Origin: Okeania sp. | Lineage (GTDB): Bacteria; Cyanobacteriota; Cyanobacteriia; Cyanobacteriales; Microcoleaceae | Reading direction: 5' to 3' | Length of the DNA: 27,242 nt | Assembly: GCF_035285525.1 (NCBI RefSeq) | Contig: NZ_JAYKGW010000134.1 | Location: 1 to 27,242, forward strand | Shown here: in pieces, positions 25,018 to 27,242 of the stretch | Position numbering within the stretch: position 1 is the first letter of the stretch | Layout of the letters: every line of letters starts with the position of its first letter | Notes under the pieces: model-generated | Seen by the model: the letters and a program-made list of their open reading frames with translations, nothing else | Database searches by the model: none | Told to the model about the DNA's origin: nothing | Position numbers and translations under genes: made by a program

Positions 25018-25128
25018 TATAGCAATTCTATAGAATTTTTAAATGAGATTTCATCAATGGATAATGGATAATTGATAATTGACATAGCAATCTGCCCTGG
25101 TATCTTTACAAATCATTTTTTGTATACC
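25018..25128 (+). mobile_element. Possible third, degenerate copy of the TATAGCAAT MITE-like family
   Basis: TATAGCAATTCTATAG..GAGATTTCAT...ACATAGCAATC...CTTTACAAATCATTTTTTGTATACC shares the left terminus and the ACAAATCATTTT block with copies 1 and 2. The interior carries GGATAAT repeats. Confidence 0.35.
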
Positions 25129-25648
25129 TTTTCGCTTACTGCACTTTGAGCTGGAATTGTAAATACCTGAGCGGCGATCACTATAGTTACCTTTCCCTTT
25201 TAGGACTATACTTTATAAAAATTTTTCTTAACATAAAATTTGACAAAATAGACAAGTTATGAAGAAGCCTCTCAAAGGCTAAAATTGGGAAAAAAGTGTA
25301 TTGAATTAGATATTTTTTTGATAACTGTAGACAGGATTCTTCCTCCCCCTCCTCCCCATTTTCTCTACCCTCCCACAAGGGTTTCAGGAGTTCTTGATAA
25401 GGGATAGCTAAAAGGCGAGAGGATTGACTAAAAGGAAAAAATTTATTTCTCTTGGTCGATTGGATATAGTGTGCTTCGGTTCTCGACTGCTCTTTCAATT
25501 TGAAAGAAGAGACTAATAAAGCTGAATTATTCAATTATTAATTATTCCGTAAATCTAGATAGAGGTTTTTTCTAATAAAAAAATTCTGTATTGATTAGGA
25601 TTTTTCCTTGTAGAAAATTACTATTTAATCCTGTTTTTCCTTCTTTAC

Positions 25649-25684
25649 TATTCCCTGTTCCCTATTCCCTATTCCCTATTCCCT
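25649..25684 (+). repeat. STRR-type heptamer tract (TTCCCTG/TTCCCTA) 14 nt upstream of the dnaB start
   Basis: TATTCCCTGTTCCCTATTCCCTATTCCCTATTCCCT, read directly from the sequence. Confidence 0.9.
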
Positions 25685-25698
25685 TTTTAATTAAATAA

Positions 25699-27242
25699 AT
25701 GCAAAGCGATCGCCTACCTCCCCAAAATATTGAAGCAGAAGAAGCTATTTTAGGTGGTATTCTGCTGGACCCAGAAGCTATTAATCGAGTCACAGAATTA
25801 TTACGCCCGGATTTTTTTGCTATTCAAGCTCATCAAATTATTTATAAAGCAATGTGGCAACTTTATAATCAGGGCAAACCTACAGATTTAATGACTGTTA
25901 CCAGTTTCCTTACTGATAATAATCAGTTGGAAAAAATTGGCGGACAAGTCAAAATTGTTCAACTATTAGAACGAACTATTTCGGCAGTTAATATCGACCA
26001 ATATGCAGCTTTAGTTGTTGATAAATATATTCGACGGAAATTAATCCAAGCTGGAAATGAAATTTTTGATTTAGGATTTAAAACTGCGACTGAATTAGAA
26101 ACTATTCTTGACCAAGCAGAACAAAAAATATTTGCTCTAACTCAGGATAAACCACAACAAGATTTAGTTCCTATTTCTGAGACTTTAATTGATACTTTTC
26201 AGGAAATTGAAGATAGAAATGAGGGGGTTGCTTTACCTGGTTTGGCTTGTGGTTTTTATGATTTAGATGCAATGACTGGAGGTTTTCAAAGGTCGGATTT
26301 AATTATTGTCGCGGGTAGACCTTCGATGGGAAAATGTGCTAGTTATGATACTTTGGTTTTGCAAAAAGATGGTAGTTTAATTACTTTGGCGGAGGTTTAT
26401 CAAAGGCAAGAAATAGAGTTATTAACTTTGGGAAAAAATAGAAGGTTTTATCTGACTAAACCTAGTGCTTTTGTTGATGATGGAATTAAACCTCTATTTA
26501 GAGTTACGACAAAATTAGGAAGATTTGTTGAAACAACAATTACTCATCCTTTTTTGACGGTTGATGGTTGGAAAACTTTGGCAAAATTGCGGGTAGGAGA
26601 AAAAATAGCCGTACCCGGTCGGTTAGATATTTTTGGAAATGAAACTATTCCAGAAAGTGAATTTTCTTCTCTGATTGATTCTGAAAATTTATGTCTTTTT
26701 CCTCTGGTTTTTAAATTGGAAAAGTCGCAGTTAGCTTTATTTATTAAATATCTATTTTCTTCGGATGGATGGGTGAAAATATCTGAAAGTGGAGAAGTAT
26801 GTTTTGGTTATTCTGTTGTTAGTGAAAAGTTGGTTAGGCAAGTACAACATATTTTGCTGAGATTTGGAATTGTTGGTGGTATTGAAAAAGTTGAAGAGAA
26901 GAAAAGTGGAAAAATAAAGGTTGATAAAAGTTTATGGTATTTGACTATTACTGATGCTTTATCTCAGAAAAACTTTATTACAGATATTGGTAGTTTTAAT
27001 TCTCAAAAATTCGATTTGGCTAAACCGGATAACTTCTCTCTTCAGAAATTAGAAAATTGGGAAATTCTCTGGAATGAATTGGTTAGTCTAATGGCAAGTT
27101 TTGCCAAATCAAAACATCAGTCATTGAATAGTAAAACTCTCAAAATAACTTCTGATAAAAATTCTGATAATTTAACGACTACTAATACTATCTCTGGCAA
27201 CTTTCCATATCTAAGTCTAGATTTCGATACCGAAATATTCGA
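25699..27242 (+). CDS. dnaB: Replicative DNA helicase DnaB, 5' part (runs off the window), interrupted by an intein
   Basis: This open frame starts at the ATG at 25699 and is absent from the ORF track because it has no stop in the window. It encodes MQSDRLPPQNIEAEEAILGGILLDPEAI... (DnaB N-terminal signature), ...GFYDLDAMTGGFQRSDLIIVAGRPSMGK (Walker A, 26314-26334), and then a Cys and non-helicase sequence. Confidence 0.9.
   Translation, partial: MQSDRLPPQNIEAEEAILGGILLDPEAINRVTELLRPDFFAIQAHQIIYKAMWQLYNQGKPTDLMTVTSFLTDNNQLEKIGGQVKIVQLLERTISAVNIDQYAALVVDKYIRRKLIQAGNEIFDLGFKTATELETILDQAEQKIFALTQDKPQQDLVPISETLIDTFQEIEDRNEGVALPGLACGFYDLDAMTGGFQRSDLIIVAGRPSMGKCASYDTLVLQKDGSLITLAEVYQRQEIELLTLGKNRRFYLTKPSAFVDDGIKPLFRVTTKLGRFVETTITHPFLTVDGWKTLAKLRVGEKIAVPGRLDIFGNETIPESEFSSLIDSENLCLFPLVFKLEKSQLALFIKYLFSSDGWVKISESGEVCFGYSVVSEKLVRQVQHILLRFGIVGGIEKVEEKKSGKIKVDKSLWYLTITDALSQKNFITDIGSFNSQKFDLAKPDNFSLQKLENWEILWNELVSLMASFAKSKHQSLNSKTLKITSDKNSDNLTTTNTISGNFPYLSLDFDTEIF
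26335..27242 (+). mobile_element. Intein (partial) inserted in the DnaB Walker A/P-loop, with a LAGLIDADG-like homing-endonuclease region
   Basis: GRPSMGK|CASYDTLVLQKDGSLITLAEV.. is block A with Cys1 at 26335-26337. ..TTITHPFLTVDGWKTL.. is block B (TxxH). The N-terminal region closely resembles the Synechocystis DnaB intein (CISGDSLISLA...ANHRFLTIDGWKRL). LALFIKYLFSSDGWV is a degenerate LAGLIDADG motif. The intein C-terminus lies beyond the window. Confidence 0.8.

Noticed and set aside
25187-25534. 115-aa minus-strand ORF upstream of dnaB, and the 60-aa ORF 24671-24853
   Set aside because: The translation is low-complexity (EGRENGEEGEEE, derived from a CT-rich tract on the + strand) with no motifs. 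The second ORF overlaps the start of the PPC-protein gene. I treat the ~990-bp region as non-coding. I looked for a structured RNA there and found only short hairpins (for example TCTTTCAA-T-TTGAAAGA at ~25490), which is insufficient for a call.

Overview
AT-rich (about one-third GC by eye) chromosomal segment from a cyanobacterium, probably filamentous and Nostocales-like. Supporting marks are at least 9 HIP1 octamers (GCGATCGC), many STRR-type heptamer tracts (TTCCCTG/TTCCCTA, CAGTTAT), rplI and dnaB, and an intein in the DnaB P-loop. Positions 1146-15738, all on the + strand, form the most interesting block. It holds two tandem giant paralogues (1777 and 1804 aa) with the architecture Ser/Thr kinase, AAA_16/STAND NTPase, TPR-like helical region, GAF, histidine kinase (HstK-like dual kinases). 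A CheR-type methyltransferase with a C-terminal TPR domain and a two-domain CheW protein follow. No CheA, MCP, CheY/CheB or response regulator is present anywhere in the window. The paralogues are mosaic: near-identical blocks, locally about 99% nt identity, alternate with a strongly diverged TPR block and a diverged HK block. The remaining genes are an atypical tRNA(CAU) on the minus strand, a small secreted protein, a CNNM/CBS/CorC transporter, two tandem orphan ProX-type lipoproteins, rplI, a leaderless protein with two PPC domains sitting between rplI and dnaB, and the 5' part of dnaB. The non-coding DNA is unusually repeat-rich. It includes a tandem array of at least 6 hairpin units of 68 bp at the left edge, related GGGGCGGG...CCCGCCCC hairpins nested in a palindromic element at 12381-12577, a MITE-like family (TIR TATAGCAAT) with 3 copies, and a pair of about 148-bp-spaced direct repeats. 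All calls come from reading the sequence and the ORF track. Identity values are estimates by eye and no database search was possible.
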